31,295 bases of DNA, taken from a virus. Its lineage: Duplodnaviria; Heunggongvirae; Uroviricota; Caudoviricetes. Shown here piece by piece: positions 1 through 9,957 of the stretch (positions within the stretch are counted from its first letter, which is position 1; every line of letters begins with the position of its first letter). Location: IMG/VR virus record IMGVR_UViG_2617270940_000005, positions 1 to 31,295 of that record. One strand, written 5' to 3'. The position numbers and the translations under genes were made by a program. The notes under the pieces are model-generated. The model had not been told where the DNA came from. It searched no databases and saw only the letters and a list, made by a program, of their open reading frames with translations.

Positions 1-1
1 C

Positions 2-2701
2 AATATAGTTAAATGCGATGTTTTTGACGGTGTTTTCCGCGTTACCAGCAGCGTTAACGGTGATGGTATGTCCATGTGAACCAATCGCAACGGAGTGCGT
101 ATGAGCACCAATACCGACAGTATGTGCGTGTGCACCTGCGCTTGCAGCAGTACCCGATACAGAGTGCGTATGAGCGCCTGCAGAAGAAGTGTTAACACTG
201 TATTTAGAATAATCAGGTGATCCACTTCCCGGAGCACCACTGGAACCACCTGAAACAAATGTCATCGAATGGGTATGTGCACCGGCTGAAGCAGCCGTAC
301 CGCTAACACTATGGGTATGCGCACCAGTGTTATTCGTGGATTTAGTGCCGTAATCAAACGACGATGTGGTTTTCGTCCCCAAATCCGTACTGGATGCGCT
401 GGCGCTGTGGGTGTGCGATTTAATGCCGTCCTGTTCCTGAGACAATACGGCACGACCACTGGCGGGCTTGCCCTTAATCGTCCAGCCACGCATATCAGGG
501 ATCACGCCTGACGGATACGCAACCGCAAGCAGGGGATAGGCTGCCTTATCAAAAGCCTGCCCCTGCATAATGGCATAGCCTGTAGGTACTGAATCAGAAG
601 GCCACGGAATCGCCGCACCTACCGGAAATGAATCCTGCGGCGTCCAAGGTGTCCAGCCACCCGTTGAATACTGGCTGCGGGTATAGCTTCTGGATGTGTT
701 ATACACATAGTAAATTTGTGTTATTCCGGCATTTTTAAGCACAACCAGAGTGCCCGCAAGGTTCTCCGGGTATTTCAGCGATGCGCTTGCATTCGCATTC
801 AGTGGCTGATGGTACAGCCCCGGCGTTTTGTAATTATCCAGATTCTGGTTTGCACCAATCTCAATACTCTGACTGTTAAAAATATCCTGCGATGTAACAT
901 TGACATCATTGGTCAGTGGTTTGCCATTGACCTTACGCTCGCCAGGAACGCGCCCGTTTGCATTATCATTAGCTGCTTTCACTGCTTTCGGTGTCGCGGC
1001 AAACGTTTCAGATGCGCTGTTGGTTGCACTACTGAGCTGGACAATTCCTTTTTGTGCTGTCGTAGCGTCCTGAGCAGTATATTTCCCGTTAGCAAGGTCA
1101 TAGGCTGCCTTTACCGACTTTGGCGTTGCCGCCAGCATTTCAGATGTGCTGTTGGTCGCGTTGCTAAGCTGAACTATCCCTTTCTGTGCTGTCGTTGCAT
1201 CCTGTGCGGTGTATTTCCCGTTAGCCAGGTCATACGCGGCCTTAACGGCTTTTGGTGTTGCCGCCAGTGACTCGGAAGTACTGTTGGTCTCACTGCTAAG
1301 TTGTACTATTCCCTTATTCGTCGTGCTTGCATCCTCAAGCGCCACGGCGGATGCAATATCCTCTGCCCGTTTTGCCGCTGTCTCAGAGCGTGTTGCCGCG
1401 GATTCTGCCGCATTTTTGCTCTGCGCAGCCGCCGTCGCACTGTCTGCCGCTTCCGTCGCCTTCGTTGATGCCGTTGTCGCACTCTCTGCTGCCGCTGACG
1501 CCTGGCGAGCGGCCTCATCTTTTGAAGATGACGCCGAGGAAGCTGAAACAGAGGCAGAGCTTGCAGATTCGGCTGCTGTCTCCTTAGAAGCAGCGGCATT
1601 GTTTTCTGAAGTCTTTGCATTGGTTTCAGAAGATTTTGCCGCCTCTGCTGACTTTTCCGCAGCTGTTGCCTGTTCCGTCGCCTCTGTCGCTTTAGCGGTG
1701 GCATTTGCCGCAGATAACGAAGCGCTTTCCGCAGACTTTTCTGCCGACGTTGCACTTGATGAAGCACTATCCGCGCTTATTGAGGCCGCGCTCGCTGACG
1801 TTTCTGCCGCAGATTTAGAACTGTTTGCAGACAATGCACTCTGTTCGGCAGCAGCTTCAGACGCTTTTGCGTTTGTCTCTGATGCTTTTGCTGCCTTACA
1901 TGAATTTGCAGCTTCTGTAGCTGATGATGCTGCCGCGTTTGCACTCGATGAAGCGTTAGTCTCTGATAATTTAGCCGCATCCTTAGATGCAGAGGCACTG
2001 GACGCTGATGTGGCTGCCTCCGATGCTTTAGTCGACGCCACAGATGCTGATTTTGCTGCCGCTTCTTTTGCCGCTTCTGCGTTTGTTTCAGATTTTTCCG
2101 CAGCAGCTGCACTCTCACTCGCCGCACTTTGTGAAGATACCGCAGCGGATGCACTTTGAGATGCCTGAGAGGCTTTTTCTACAGCAGTGTTGGCACTTTC
2201 TGCCGCAGCGACAGCACTGGCCGCCGCCTCCCGAGCTTTGTCTCCAGCGGCCTCAATCGCATCGGTGTTATTTTTATACCACTCAACGTTTTCGTTATGC
2301 TCGTTGACGATCTGCATTAGCGGCTTAACGGTCACTTCTGTACCGTCTTCACGCTCGATTGTCACATCATCCAGAGCGGTCAACCAACTGCGCATGGACT
2401 TGGAATCAGCCGACATACGCGACATTAGTGCAGTAAAGCGCGCACTAAACTGAGTTAAGTCGCCTTCATAGGTCGTAATGATTCGGCACGGAACTTTAGA
2501 TTGAGTTTCGCCGGTATAAGGTTCTGAGAGGACAATGACCGTATCACTGGTTACGCGCTTGACCTCATACAACTTATTGTCAGGACCAATGACAATCATG
2601 CCCGGTAACACGCCGTTTTCGGTCAAATTCCAACGTGTTCCGATGCCTGATATTGTGTCGCTTCCTTTTGTAAATGTAACAGTACCTTCTCTGTACCACA
2701 T
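2..2701 (-). CDS. stf: Side tail fibre protein, lambda Stf-like; C-terminal few residues lie beyond the window start
   Basis: Not in the ORF track because it has no stop inside the window. ATG at 2701-2699 with AAGGAG upstream. Translation reads [21 protein letters not shown]..., an Ala/Ser-rich coiled region, three 44-aa repeats ([39 protein letters not shown]), then [57 protein letters not shown] and His-rich [29 protein letters not shown], which match the lambda Stf C-terminal half as I recall it. Frame checked at both ends and mid-gene. Confidence 0.85.
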   Translation of the reverse strand, partial: MWYREGTVTFTKGSDTISGIGTRWNLTENGVLPGMIVIGPDNKLYEVKRVTSDTVIVLSEPYTGETQSKVPCRIITTYEGDLTQFSARFTALMSRMSADSKSMRSWLTALDDVTIEREDGTEVTVKPLMQIVNEHNENVEWYKNNTDAIEAAGDKAREAAASAVAAAESANTAVEKASQASQSASAAVSSQSAASESAAAAEKSETNAEAAKEAAAKSASVASTKASEAATSASSASASKDAAKLSETNASSSANAAASSATEAANSCKAAKASETNAKASEAAAEQSALSANSSKSAAETSASAASISADSASSSATSAEKSAESASLSAANATAKATEATEQATAAEKSAEAAKSSETNAKTSENNAAASKETAAESASSASVSASSASSSKDEAARQASAAAESATTASTKATEAADSATAAAQSKNAAESAATRSETAAKRAEDIASAVALEDASTTNKGIVQLSSETNSTSESLAATPKAVKAAYDLANGKYTAQDATTAQKGIVQLSNATNSTSEMLAATPKSVKAAYDLANGKYTAQDATTAQKGIVQLSSATNSASETFAATPKAVKAANDNANGRVPGERKVNGKPLTNDVNVTSQDIFNSQSIEIGANQNLDNYKTPGLYHQPLNANASASLKYPENLAGTLVVLKNAGITQIYYVYNTSRSYTRSQYSTGGWTPWTPQDSFPVGAAIPWPSDSVPTGYAIMQGQAFDKAAYPLLAVAYPSGVIPDMRGWTIKGKPASGRAVLSQEQDGIKSHTHSASASSTDLGTKTTSSFDYGTKSTNNTGAHTHSVSGTAASAGAHTHSMTFVSGGSSGAPGSGSPDYSKYSVNTSSAGAHTHSVSGTAASAGAHAHTVGIGAHTHSVAIGSHGHTITVNAAGNAENTVKNIAFNYI
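949..1340 (-). repeat. Three tandem ~132-bp direct repeats inside stf (44-aa fibre repeats)
   Basis: Units at about 949-1080, 1081-1212 and 1213-1340 are visibly similar at nucleotide level (e.g. atttcccgttagc[a/c]aggtcata..gccgccag..ctgttggt..ctgctaag). Confidence 0.8.
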
Positions 2702-2721
2702 GTTCTTTTTCACTCCTTGAA

Positions 2722-2743
2722 GTGTGGGCGTCCTTGCCCACAC
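2722..2743 (-). other. GC-rich stem-loop between J stop and stf ribosome-binding site
   Basis: gtgtgggc-gtcctt-gcccacac, perfect 8-bp stem; no U-tract follows on the minus strand, the stf RBS follows directly. Confidence 0.5.
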
Positions 2744-2755
2744 AAATAGGTATAT

Positions 2756-2765
2756 ACTTACTTAT
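2756..2765. repeat. Instance A of recurrent ACTTACTTAT / TAAGTA..TACTTA motif (half-site plus degenerate partner)
   Basis: acttacttat between J stop (2837) and stf start (2701). Confidence 0.5.
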
Positions 2766-2836
2766 TATCAATGATACAAAATCCTTTTGCACTAAGAAAA
2801 CACGCTATATACATTGCTGCTCATTATTCCTATCAA

Positions 2837-5800
2837 TTAACTGATGCCCGACATGGAAAATGCGCCACTTCCACGGCTGATTAGCATCACGGGCGAATAA
2901 ATATGTGTCTGTGATGAACTGGTCACTTTTACCGTAACAGCAACAGTTCTTGAGGTAACATTGTTAAAAGCAGCGTAAAGAGTGCCACCGACGCCTGTAG
3001 AACTTGTCGAATTAAGATCAGGGTCTCTGTATGTAGCCCCCTTACCAGTGGCTGCGGTCTTCGTCACTCCATTGCAGGTAAATTGGGCTGCAACAGGGCC
3101 GACGCCCCCCGTATATACATTTATTGCCACATAAATATTTTTGGGCAATGCAGACGAAGAAGAGTCTGTATATGTCATTGTATATGTGCCGCTGTTACGA
3201 ACTGAGAAGTCATTGCCCACATACATGTTAGCGACATCGCCTACGAAGTGATCTGCTTGTACCGTGCCTCTGAATGTTCCGCTGGTAGCCTGTATTTCTC
3301 CTGTGAATTTGCCATTCGTTGCGTAAACGGTGCCTCTAACAGTTACATTGTTAAACTCTGAGTTCCCGTTTTTATTAATATGCCACCCCGTCATTCCGCT
3401 TGAGTAATCGTTGGACTGAATGAAGTTGCCTATTTTGGCGTTATCAATGGTGCCGTTCTTGATATAAGCTCCGTTCATATAAGCCACACCGGCATCAATA
3501 ACGAATGGCGTTGTAATTTTCCCATTAACGGAGTTCACCAAACCAAAGCGATCTGCCTGCACCAAAAACTGCGATAGACCTGTTGTGTCGATGCCCAACG
3601 CTATGCCGGCAACATATTTTTGGCCTCCGCTGGTGGAGGTTTCCATTTTCAGCGTCCAGGCTGTTGATACCTTCTTGTTCGTATCAGCAATAGCTGTGGC
3701 CTGTTGTTGAATTGTTGCTGTATTTCCATCTACTGATGCTTTTAAGGTGTCAATTCTCCCACTTAGTGCATTGTCGGCGCTTGTACGCGTAGTCGCTTCA
3801 GATGTAATCGCAGCATGAATATCTTTGCTCGTTTGAGCCTGTAGATTAGTGATATTAGAAGCCAAAGCGGAATCAGCATCAGTTCTGGCTTTCGTCTCTT
3901 TAGCTACAGCCGCCTTAATATCCTTGCCCGTTTGACTCTTCAATGTAGTTATCTGTTGTGCCAAAGATTCGTCGGCAGTTGCTCGGGCGTTTTTTTCTTC
4001 AGATATAGCGGCACTAATATCGCCTTCAACTTTGGCTTGTAACGATAGGACTTCTTTTGAAAGTGCTTCATCGGCACTGGCTCGCGCCTCTTGTTCACTC
4101 ACAATTGCGGCAGAAATGTCATCGTTAATCTTTGATTCAAGTTTGGTGATTCTGCTTCCAATAGCATTATCCGCATCTACACGAGCCGTAGTCTCTTCAG
4201 TGATTGAAGCTCTGATATCCTCATTTATTTCAGCTCTAATCTCTTCCATTTTCGTAGCCATTGCGGACATATCATCTGCAAAAGCCTTCTGAGTTGTGGC
4301 GATCCTGGCATTGCTCACCATCTGTTTGTGCTGGTCTTCATCCTGACGCAAAGCTAAATCGATGTTTGTTTTAGCCAATGCCTCAATGTTTGTCGTCACT
4401 TCGGCACTGGAGTGCTCGACTTCAGCCACGGTTTTTTTCATCTCTTCAATGGTGGCCAAACTGCTATCTACAGTTGACTTCATTGCCTCGATTTCTTTCG
4501 CGTTCGCCAAGTCGCCTTCGACTCGTGCCTCACGTTCCTCCGCAACTAAAGCCGATGAATTGTCCAGTGCTGCATTCGCGGCCTCAACCGCTCCAGCAAC
4601 GACCTTGTCTTGCTCTGAAACAGTTTCCTTCAACTGAATTAATGCGGCATTTGAGTTTTCAACCTCCTTAAGAGCCTCTTCCACCTTGCTGACAGTATTA
4701 GAAACTTCCGTTCTAAGAACGTTTTGGGCTTCTTCAATCCGTTGATCGGTCTCAGTAAATTTGTCATCAAGGCTTTTCAGGCTTTCTTCCATCTGCTTGT
4801 TGATTGCGTCGACGGCTTCCTGCGAGGCTTTGGTGTCGATTTCCTCAAGCAGTTCCTGCCCCAATTCCGAAGAAGTGATCTTCCCGGTCAGGAAAGACAG
4901 AACATCTTTCGTCATCGCCTCAGTGCCCAAATTGGAGTTGGGCTGGCTCAACATTCCGCGTTTGTTTGCTGCACGAACCCAATAGAACCAAGTTTCGCTA
5001 TCTCCAAGACCTGCGTGCGTAAAGGTGGTACTGGCTGCTTCGGCAATTAGTTTTGCAGTATCCAGGTTGTTGGTCCGGGATGCATACACGTTGATGTGAT
5101 CGAGGTCGATTGAGTCCGGGTTAACCCAATTCAGAATCACATTGCGGTAGTCGCCCACGGCCGTCAGTGCAGTCGGTGCATCCGGCGGCGTCATCGTCCC
5201 CTGAACTTTGTAGACGGTGCTGATAATTTCTGTTTTTTTACCGTTGAATGAAACCGCATACAGTTGGAAGTCGTAGCGTCCATTCTCCGCGACATTAACG
5301 ATTTCGTATTGCTCTTCGGTTACACGCGCCGATTGCCAGTTCGATACATTGTTTGCATCAGAACGTCGCCAACTGATCCAATACTCTGGAGATTTCCCTT
5401 CCCATGTTGCAGTCAGTTTTACTGACAGGTTGCCCGGGCTTGAGAGATAAGTCCCTTCAGTGATTTGCAAATTAGACGGCTTGGAGTAAGTCGGGTCCAA
5501 TACCGTCGTATTCTGCGGGATAAGCGTTGCACCATTGTCGATCGCCTCATATTTAGACGGATTGTTTTCAACAGCGGTGATGTCAAAGCTACCCGACGTT
5601 TCCCCCTGAGCGATGTTAACGATGCGAACGCGCATAGGTTCGAGATCTGGTTCTGTAATTGTCCAGACACCGTTCAAAACAGGCGTTTCCGCTGACGACA
5701 GGGCTTTTGAAAACGTAACTTTTGTTATATTTTCGCCAGTTTCAAGAACATCGCGTTCAACGATTTTGCCTTCCTGATTCAGTATTCGAATAAAGCAGCC

Positions 5801-7417
5801 GCCTTTGGCTAACGACACAGGCGCATCGAGTGTGACGCTGTTTTTGGTAAACGCCACAATTCGACCTGAGTTACGTTTGCCTGCGCGATATTTGTTCTGA
5901 ATCAGAACGGTTTTACCAGGCATCAAAAATGACGCGTCTAAGCCGGCAGTAAATGTAATTACATCCGACTCCATTCTGGCGGTATATAAAAGCCACAAAC
6001 CAACTCGGTGAGCCTGCCCTCGGCTTGTACAGCCAAATGCTACGACTTCTGTCTTACGCTCACCATAACGGTGCATTGCGTCCTGATCTTCAACGTACTC
6101 GATGTTTTGCTTATAACCGTCCTCCTTGTTGTTGTAGGTTACGAGCGCAACGGATGGGCGATCTTTACGCGCAGAACCTTTATAGGTAAACAATCCATCT
6201 TTGACGTTAGAGTTGGTAAACATCATTACCGGATCTGATGGGCTATCCTGCATGATGTTAACCATCCCACCAGCCCAAAACACCATACCGCGGAATGCTC
6301 CAGCAATATCCTGAATTAGCCGGTATGCGTCCTGTCGACTGGTGATCTGCGTATTGATTGCAAAGCGTTTCTCTTTGCCACCAAAGCCATCATCGACCTC
6401 TTCGTCACAATATCGACCAATCTGGTACAACTGGCCAAGGTCAATCATAGATTCCGACACATACTGGCCAAGGCCATATCGAGCATTGGTCAGCAAATCA
6501 AAGAGAATCCACGCAGGGTTTGAAGAAGACAACAGCTTAAAAGTACCGTCCCATACGCCGACATAAGTATTGGTGTATTCGTTGTAGTTTGACGGTACTC
6601 GGATTTTGATACCGCGCACCAAATACGAACGGGAAGGCATTGTGCTACCAAACTGCTCTGAATTGACCTTCAAGCCAACAAGAGCAGAGTTAGGGTAGTT
6701 CATTGGCGTGTCGACAATTTCCCCGATGGAATCCACCCATGTATCGTTATAGAGATACTGAGTTTTGCTGTCGTCGGTTAGACGTATGACACGAACCTTA
6801 TATGCACGGCCAGGTTTCGGCAGTTTGAGTTCATAGCTGCGGTAGTAAACACCTGTCTTCTTCGCTGTCAGTGCAATTTCAACGTCTTTCTCACCTTCAG
6901 CAACGACATCGGCAAATGTTCCATCGCCATTGGCAATCTGGAACTTGTATTTGACTGTTGTACCGTTGGTGTCGCCGGATTTCTTATCCACGGAACGTAG
7001 AGAGGGGAATTTGAGAATGAGTCGAACGCGGTCAGCTTCATCGTTATCGATGGAGACCGTGACATCATGCGTCTTTTTCAACTGAATGTTGATGGACTTC
7101 GGCGTCTCGACGAAATCAAAACCGGCCATAGGCGTCTGATCTTGCGAACCATCGCGAAAATCCCATGTAATACCGCTGTAGTTTGCAGAGCCGTCTTCAT
7201 TGAGGATCGGCAGGTCGTCGATAAAAATCGACTTTGCTCCGTCGACAAGACCGCCAATAACGCCTTCCCCGAGCAAGTCGAGGATGGACGCCATAGCACG
7301 CGAGTTAACGGTATCATCGGCTTCAACCGGCGTGCGGCTGGAGCTGCTGCTTTTCTTGCCGCCTGCACCTGCGATCAGGAGAGGCAGTCTTTTCTTCTTG
7401 AACTGTTCCATGTTCAA
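2837..7417 (-). CDS. J: Tail tip / host-specificity protein, lambda gpJ-like, with a long coiled-coil insertion
   Basis: 1526 aa. Blocks matching lambda J as I recall it: N-terminal ILDLLGEGVIGGLVDG, NSALVGLKVNSEQFGS...RVPSNYN...GVWDGTFK, AFGCTSRGQAHRVGLWLLYT, FLTGKITSSELGQELLEEID, GQKYVAGIALG...LSQFLVQADRF. Lambda J is 1132 aa; the extra length here is a coiled-coil stretch. Confidence 0.85.
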   Translation of the reverse strand: MNMEQFKKKRLPLLIAGAGGKKSSSSSRTPVEADDTVNSRAMASILDLLGEGVIGGLVDGAKSIFIDDLPILNEDGSANYSGITWDFRDGSQDQTPMAGFDFVETPKSINIQLKKTHDVTVSIDNDEADRVRLILKFPSLRSVDKKSGDTNGTTVKYKFQIANGDGTFADVVAEGEKDVEIALTAKKTGVYYRSYELKLPKPGRAYKVRVIRLTDDSKTQYLYNDTWVDSIGEIVDTPMNYPNSALVGLKVNSEQFGSTMPSRSYLVRGIKIRVPSNYNEYTNTYVGVWDGTFKLLSSSNPAWILFDLLTNARYGLGQYVSESMIDLGQLYQIGRYCDEEVDDGFGGKEKRFAINTQITSRQDAYRLIQDIAGAFRGMVFWAGGMVNIMQDSPSDPVMMFTNSNVKDGLFTYKGSARKDRPSVALVTYNNKEDGYKQNIEYVEDQDAMHRYGERKTEVVAFGCTSRGQAHRVGLWLLYTARMESDVITFTAGLDASFLMPGKTVLIQNKYRAGKRNSGRIVAFTKNSVTLDAPVSLAKGGCFIRILNQEGKIVERDVLETGENITKVTFSKALSSAETPVLNGVWTITEPDLEPMRVRIVNIAQGETSGSFDITAVENNPSKYEAIDNGATLIPQNTTVLDPTYSKPSNLQITEGTYLSSPGNLSVKLTATWEGKSPEYWISWRRSDANNVSNWQSARVTEEQYEIVNVAENGRYDFQLYAVSFNGKKTEIISTVYKVQGTMTPPDAPTALTAVGDYRNVILNWVNPDSIDLDHINVYASRTNNLDTAKLIAEAASTTFTHAGLGDSETWFYWVRAANKRGMLSQPNSNLGTEAMTKDVLSFLTGKITSSELGQELLEEIDTKASQEAVDAINKQMEESLKSLDDKFTETDQRIEEAQNVLRTEVSNTVSKVEEALKEVENSNAALIQLKETVSEQDKVVAGAVEAANAALDNSSALVAEEREARVEGDLANAKEIEAMKSTVDSSLATIEEMKKTVAEVEHSSAEVTTNIEALAKTNIDLALRQDEDQHKQMVSNARIATTQKAFADDMSAMATKMEEIRAEINEDIRASITEETTARVDADNAIGSRITKLESKINDDISAAIVSEQEARASADEALSKEVLSLQAKVEGDISAAISEEKNARATADESLAQQITTLKSQTGKDIKAAVAKETKARTDADSALASNITNLQAQTSKDIHAAITSEATTRTSADNALSGRIDTLKASVDGNTATIQQQATAIADTNKKVSTAWTLKMETSTSGGQKYVAGIALGIDTTGLSQFLVQADRFGLVNSVNGKITTPFVIDAGVAYMNGAYIKNGTIDNAKIGNFIQSNDYSSGMTGWHINKNGNSEFNNVTVRGTVYATNGKFTGEIQATSGTFRGTVQADHFVGDVANMYVGNDFSVRNSGTYTMTYTDSSSSALPKNIYVAINVYTGGVGPVAAQFTCNGVTKTAATGKGATYRDPDLNSTSSTGVGGTLYAAFNNVTSRTVAVTVKVTSSSQTHIYSPVMLISRGSGAFSMSGIS
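3695..4186 (-). repeat. Five tandem 33-36-aa repeats within the J coiled-coil region
   Basis: Protein repeats of the form AR.-ADxAL-...I..L.S....DI.AAI..E.., residues about 1078-1241; visible as ~100-bp periodic similarity in the nucleotide sequence. Confidence 0.7.
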
Positions 7418-7427
7418 AAAATCCTTA

Positions 7428-8021
7428 TTACATAAGCTGGTCGATGGTGATAGAAGAACTCACAACCTGCGAGCCAACCAAAATTTCCTCTCCATAGATC
7501 AGCTGCACCGGGTTTCCCTGGTTAGTGGTGTTCTGCGGCCCATCGAAATAGAACGAGTCGGAGTTATCTGCCTGTCTTACACTTTCGTTAGTGGCTTGCG
7601 GAGATATGATTTGCGCTATACCGCCCATCATCAGTGACAAACCGAGAGGTGCTAAAGCAGGCATCATTACCGCCGATACAACCAACAAAGCGGCTCCTAC
7701 TACCGTCTGAAACCACCCAAAAGCAGAACCGCCGCTTCCTCGCGGAACAGGGGTAATGCGGATTTTGGCTATGTTGTCAGACTGCCCCATCATCTGATAT
7801 TCACTCTCGTCCACAGACCACTTGTGGCCCTGTTTATTGGTGATCTGGATGTGGTATCTGTCATAGGTTTTGATGTTGCGCTTCATCCATGCTTTAAACC
7901 CAGGCTTGTTGGCCGCAATTAAATCCAGAGCCTGCTTGGTGTTGCGAACTTTCAAATGCCAGTGACGACCAAAATGTTTGGCCATAGGGCCGCCAAGTTG
8001 CACATGAACTAACTCAGACAC
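7428..8021 (-). CDS. Tail assembly protein, lambda gpI-like (assigned mainly by position and size)
   Basis: 197 aa between the K-like and J-like genes; hydrophobic central segment; 3' end overlaps the K-like gene. Confidence 0.55.
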   Translation of the reverse strand: MSELVHVQLGGPMAKHFGRHWHLKVRNTKQALDLIAANKPGFKAWMKRNIKTYDRYHIQITNKQGHKWSVDESEYQMMGQSDNIAKIRITPVPRGSGGSAFGWFQTVVGAALLVVSAVMMPALAPLGLSLMMGGIAQIISPQATNESVRQADNSDSFYFDGPQNTTNQGNPVQLIYGEEILVGSQVVSSSITIDQLM

Positions 8022-8833
8022 TTTTCATCTCCCTTGAGTAAGTCTCTGTGACGCAGATGGTGCGTCGTATGTTTCTGGTACATGCCGCCGTAATAAGCGC
8101 GACAACTCAGGCGGTCGATTTGGTGATGCAGGATCATGCCGTCTCCGATATACACCGCGCAGTGATCAGGCATTTTCCCGTACTGGATGAAGAAGACATC
8201 GCCGCGCTGCGGCTCCGTCCCTGGCGCAAGACGCACAAGCCCTTCATTTCGATAGTTATGGTCGAGAATGTCATCATCACCCGTGTACCATGACGGAATA
8301 TGCAGATGCGCATTCGGGTTCAGCTCGACACCAAACTCTCGTTTCAGATAGTCGCGACAAAGCATCCAGCAGTCGAAGACGCCGAACACATAGGGTCGGC
8401 CCAGATAAGGCATCTCAAAGCCGTCTGGGGTGATTACATTCATTTCACTGAAGTGAAATGGCGCATCGCCCTCGATGTTCTTGCGAACAGCCAGAATCAG
8501 CCACGGAACTTCCGTTGCCTCACATCCGGCGCGGTCGGCGTCTGACGCATCAGCAGATTCGTCAGTATGGGAGTGCCAGATGGCAACCACGTCTCCCGCA
8601 TCTTCCGCAGTGATAATGTCGTCAGCGTGCATAACAAACGTGTTTTCCGGGTGCTCCGACACGTTCCGGGCTTCAATGAAGCGATATTTCTCGCCAGTGG
8701 TACGCACCAGAAAGCCACACGCTTCGTTCGGGTAACGTTTAATGGCTGTCAGATAGATTTCCTGCATAACGTCCGAACCAAGCTCCGGGAATACTCTATT
8801 GCCCATAACGCGTTGCCCCAATGAACCCGCCAA
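8009..8833 (-). CDS. K: Tail tip assembly protein, lambda gpK-like (JAMM/MPN plus NlpC/P60 domains)
   Basis: JAMM-like motif EACGF...HSHTDESADASD and Cys-containing DCWMLCRDYL. The track start at 8833 is TTG; in-frame ATGs at 8806 and 8767 are alternative starts. Confidence 0.7.
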   Translation of the reverse strand: MAGSLGQRVMGNRVFPELGSDVMQEIYLTAIKRYPNEACGFLVRTTGEKYRFIEARNVSEHPENTFVMHADDIITAEDAGDVVAIWHSHTDESADASDADRAGCEATEVPWLILAVRKNIEGDAPFHFSEMNVITPDGFEMPYLGRPYVFGVFDCWMLCRDYLKREFGVELNPNAHLHIPSWYTGDDDILDHNYRNEGLVRLAPGTEPQRGDVFFIQYGKMPDHCAVYIGDGMILHHQIDRLSCRAYYGGMYQKHTTHHLRHRDLLKGDEKCLS

Positions 8834-9497
8834 AGTGGATTACGCCATTGGCAAAGTAGTTGCGCCGTGCGTTGCATGAGTCGTAACGTTTCGTGCAGCA
8901 ATCCGCTCCTGACATGGTGGTTTGCTGGTTGTTTTTGTCGAAGTACGGACCGGTGTAGCCGCACTCTGGTCCGCGGTATCTCCACGGGCATGTGTTTTTG
9001 ATGATCTGGCGGTACGGCAGCTGCACGCCCATCAGGTCGAACACACTCGACAGCTCAAACTCGACGACCTCATGGGTTTCGAGAGTCTTCTGTTCGATGA
9101 ACCACATTTCATCCGGGAAGTGCTGATTTGGATCTGCGGTTGGATTCCCGTCTTTGAAGTTGGCCTCGTCGAGAAAACGCGCCAGTGTCATCTTGCGGAT
9201 GATGCGACAACCTACCAGATCGTCGTTTGCCTGAACTTCAGCGGAGACAGTTCCGGCAAAGTTGGAGACCTGGATTTTTGGACGAGGCAAAGTACCCTGA
9301 CCAGTCTTATCAAAGCCTGACGCTTTGATTGGCCACGGTTCGTAGGACACGCCTTGCCAAACAACCGGCTCCATCAGCTCGTTTGTACCAGCGTGGAAAT
9401 ATAGCTTGCCTCCAGAGGTGGTGTTCGACATATCAAGTTCGAACAGTTCAATGAGCGCGGAGGGCGACAAGCTCTGAATATCAGCTTTAATACCCAT
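8796..9497 (-). CDS. L: Minor tail protein, lambda gpL-like
   Basis: Blocks shared with lambda L as recalled: WQG..Y.P.PI..SGF, TCPWRYRGPECGYTGP, FGGF. Start refined to ATG at 9497 (AAGGAAG RBS); the track start at 9530 lies inside the terminator hairpin. Confidence 0.8.
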   Translation of the reverse strand: MGIKADIQSLSPSALIELFELDMSNTTSGGKLYFHAGTNELMEPVVWQGVSYEPWPIKASGFDKTGQGTLPRPKIQVSNFAGTVSAEVQANDDLVGCRIIRKMTLARFLDEANFKDGNPTADPNQHFPDEMWFIEQKTLETHEVVEFELSSVFDLMGVQLPYRQIIKNTCPWRYRGPECGYTGPYFDKNNQQTTMSGADCCTKRYDSCNARRNYFANGVIHFGGFIGATRYGQ

Positions 9498-9510
9498 TGT
9501 TTCTTCCTTG

Positions 9511-9542
9511 AAATAAAAAGGCGCCAACATCCTGTCAGCGCC
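9511..9542 (-). terminator. Intrinsic terminator-like hairpin plus U-tract between M and L
   Basis: Minus-strand RNA GGCGCUGACA-GGA-UGUUGGCGCC (10-bp stem with two G-U pairs) followed by UUUUUAUUU. Confidence 0.6.
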
Positions 9543-9550
9543 ACAATGAT

Positions 9551-9571
9551 AGTAAATTAGTACTTACTTAT
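9551..9571. repeat. Instance B of TAAGTA..TACTTA motif
   Basis: agtaaattagtacttacttat, between M stop and the terminator. Confidence 0.5.
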
Positions 9572-9579
9572 CCAGATGC

Positions 9580-9915
9580 TTAAGCCTCAAATACTTGTCT
9601 GAATGTAGCAGTTAAGACACAGTACCCCTGATATCGCTTGACCGTATGACTGTCACATACAACTACAATCTGCTTGCCTCTTGGATTAACCCAATAGAAC
9701 GATTCAACGCCTGATCGCTCAGTCAGGAAGTCATCGATTGCATTAATTTCGTTGTATGATCTGGTAAAGGTTAACGACCATTCTTCTTTAATACGATTAA
9801 GACCTTGAGCCTGTCGCTGCTCGTAGTCATCACCAAAATTAAGTACCGTTACATTCGGTTTTACGCTTTTTTCAGATTCGTAATCTGGATACCAATTAAA
9901 CGTTTGTCTTTCCAT
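9580..9915 (-). CDS. M: Tail tip protein, lambda gpM-like
   Basis: 111 aa; pattern FGDDYEQRQAQGLN...WSLTF...FL.ERSG..SFYW resembles lambda M (FGDGYSQRAPAGLN...); sits between tape measure and L. Confidence 0.7.
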   Translation of the reverse strand: MERQTFNWYPDYESEKSVKPNVTVLNFGDDYEQRQAQGLNRIKEEWSLTFTRSYNEINAIDDFLTERSGVESFYWVNPRGKQIVVVCDSHTVKRYQGYCVLTATFRQVFEA

Positions 9916-9931
9916 CTCACATCCTTGTGAG

Positions 9932-9951
9932 ACTGCCCCGGTCGGGGCAGT
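9932..9951 (-). other. GC-rich stem-loop between tape-measure stop and M ribosome-binding site
   Basis: actgccccg-gt-cggggcagt, perfect 9-bp inverted repeat; no U-tract. Confidence 0.5.
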
Positions 9952-9957
9952 CGATAG

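Noticed and set aside
1209-2159. 316-aa plus-strand ORF rich in Ala/Ser/Asp (also 262-489, 311-511, 716-1270, 1306-1767, 1777-2154 and 2044-2453)
   Set aside because: Low-complexity antisense or off-frame artefacts of the minus-strand stf gene, whose frame is continuous from 2701 to the window edge and has recognisable Stf motifs.
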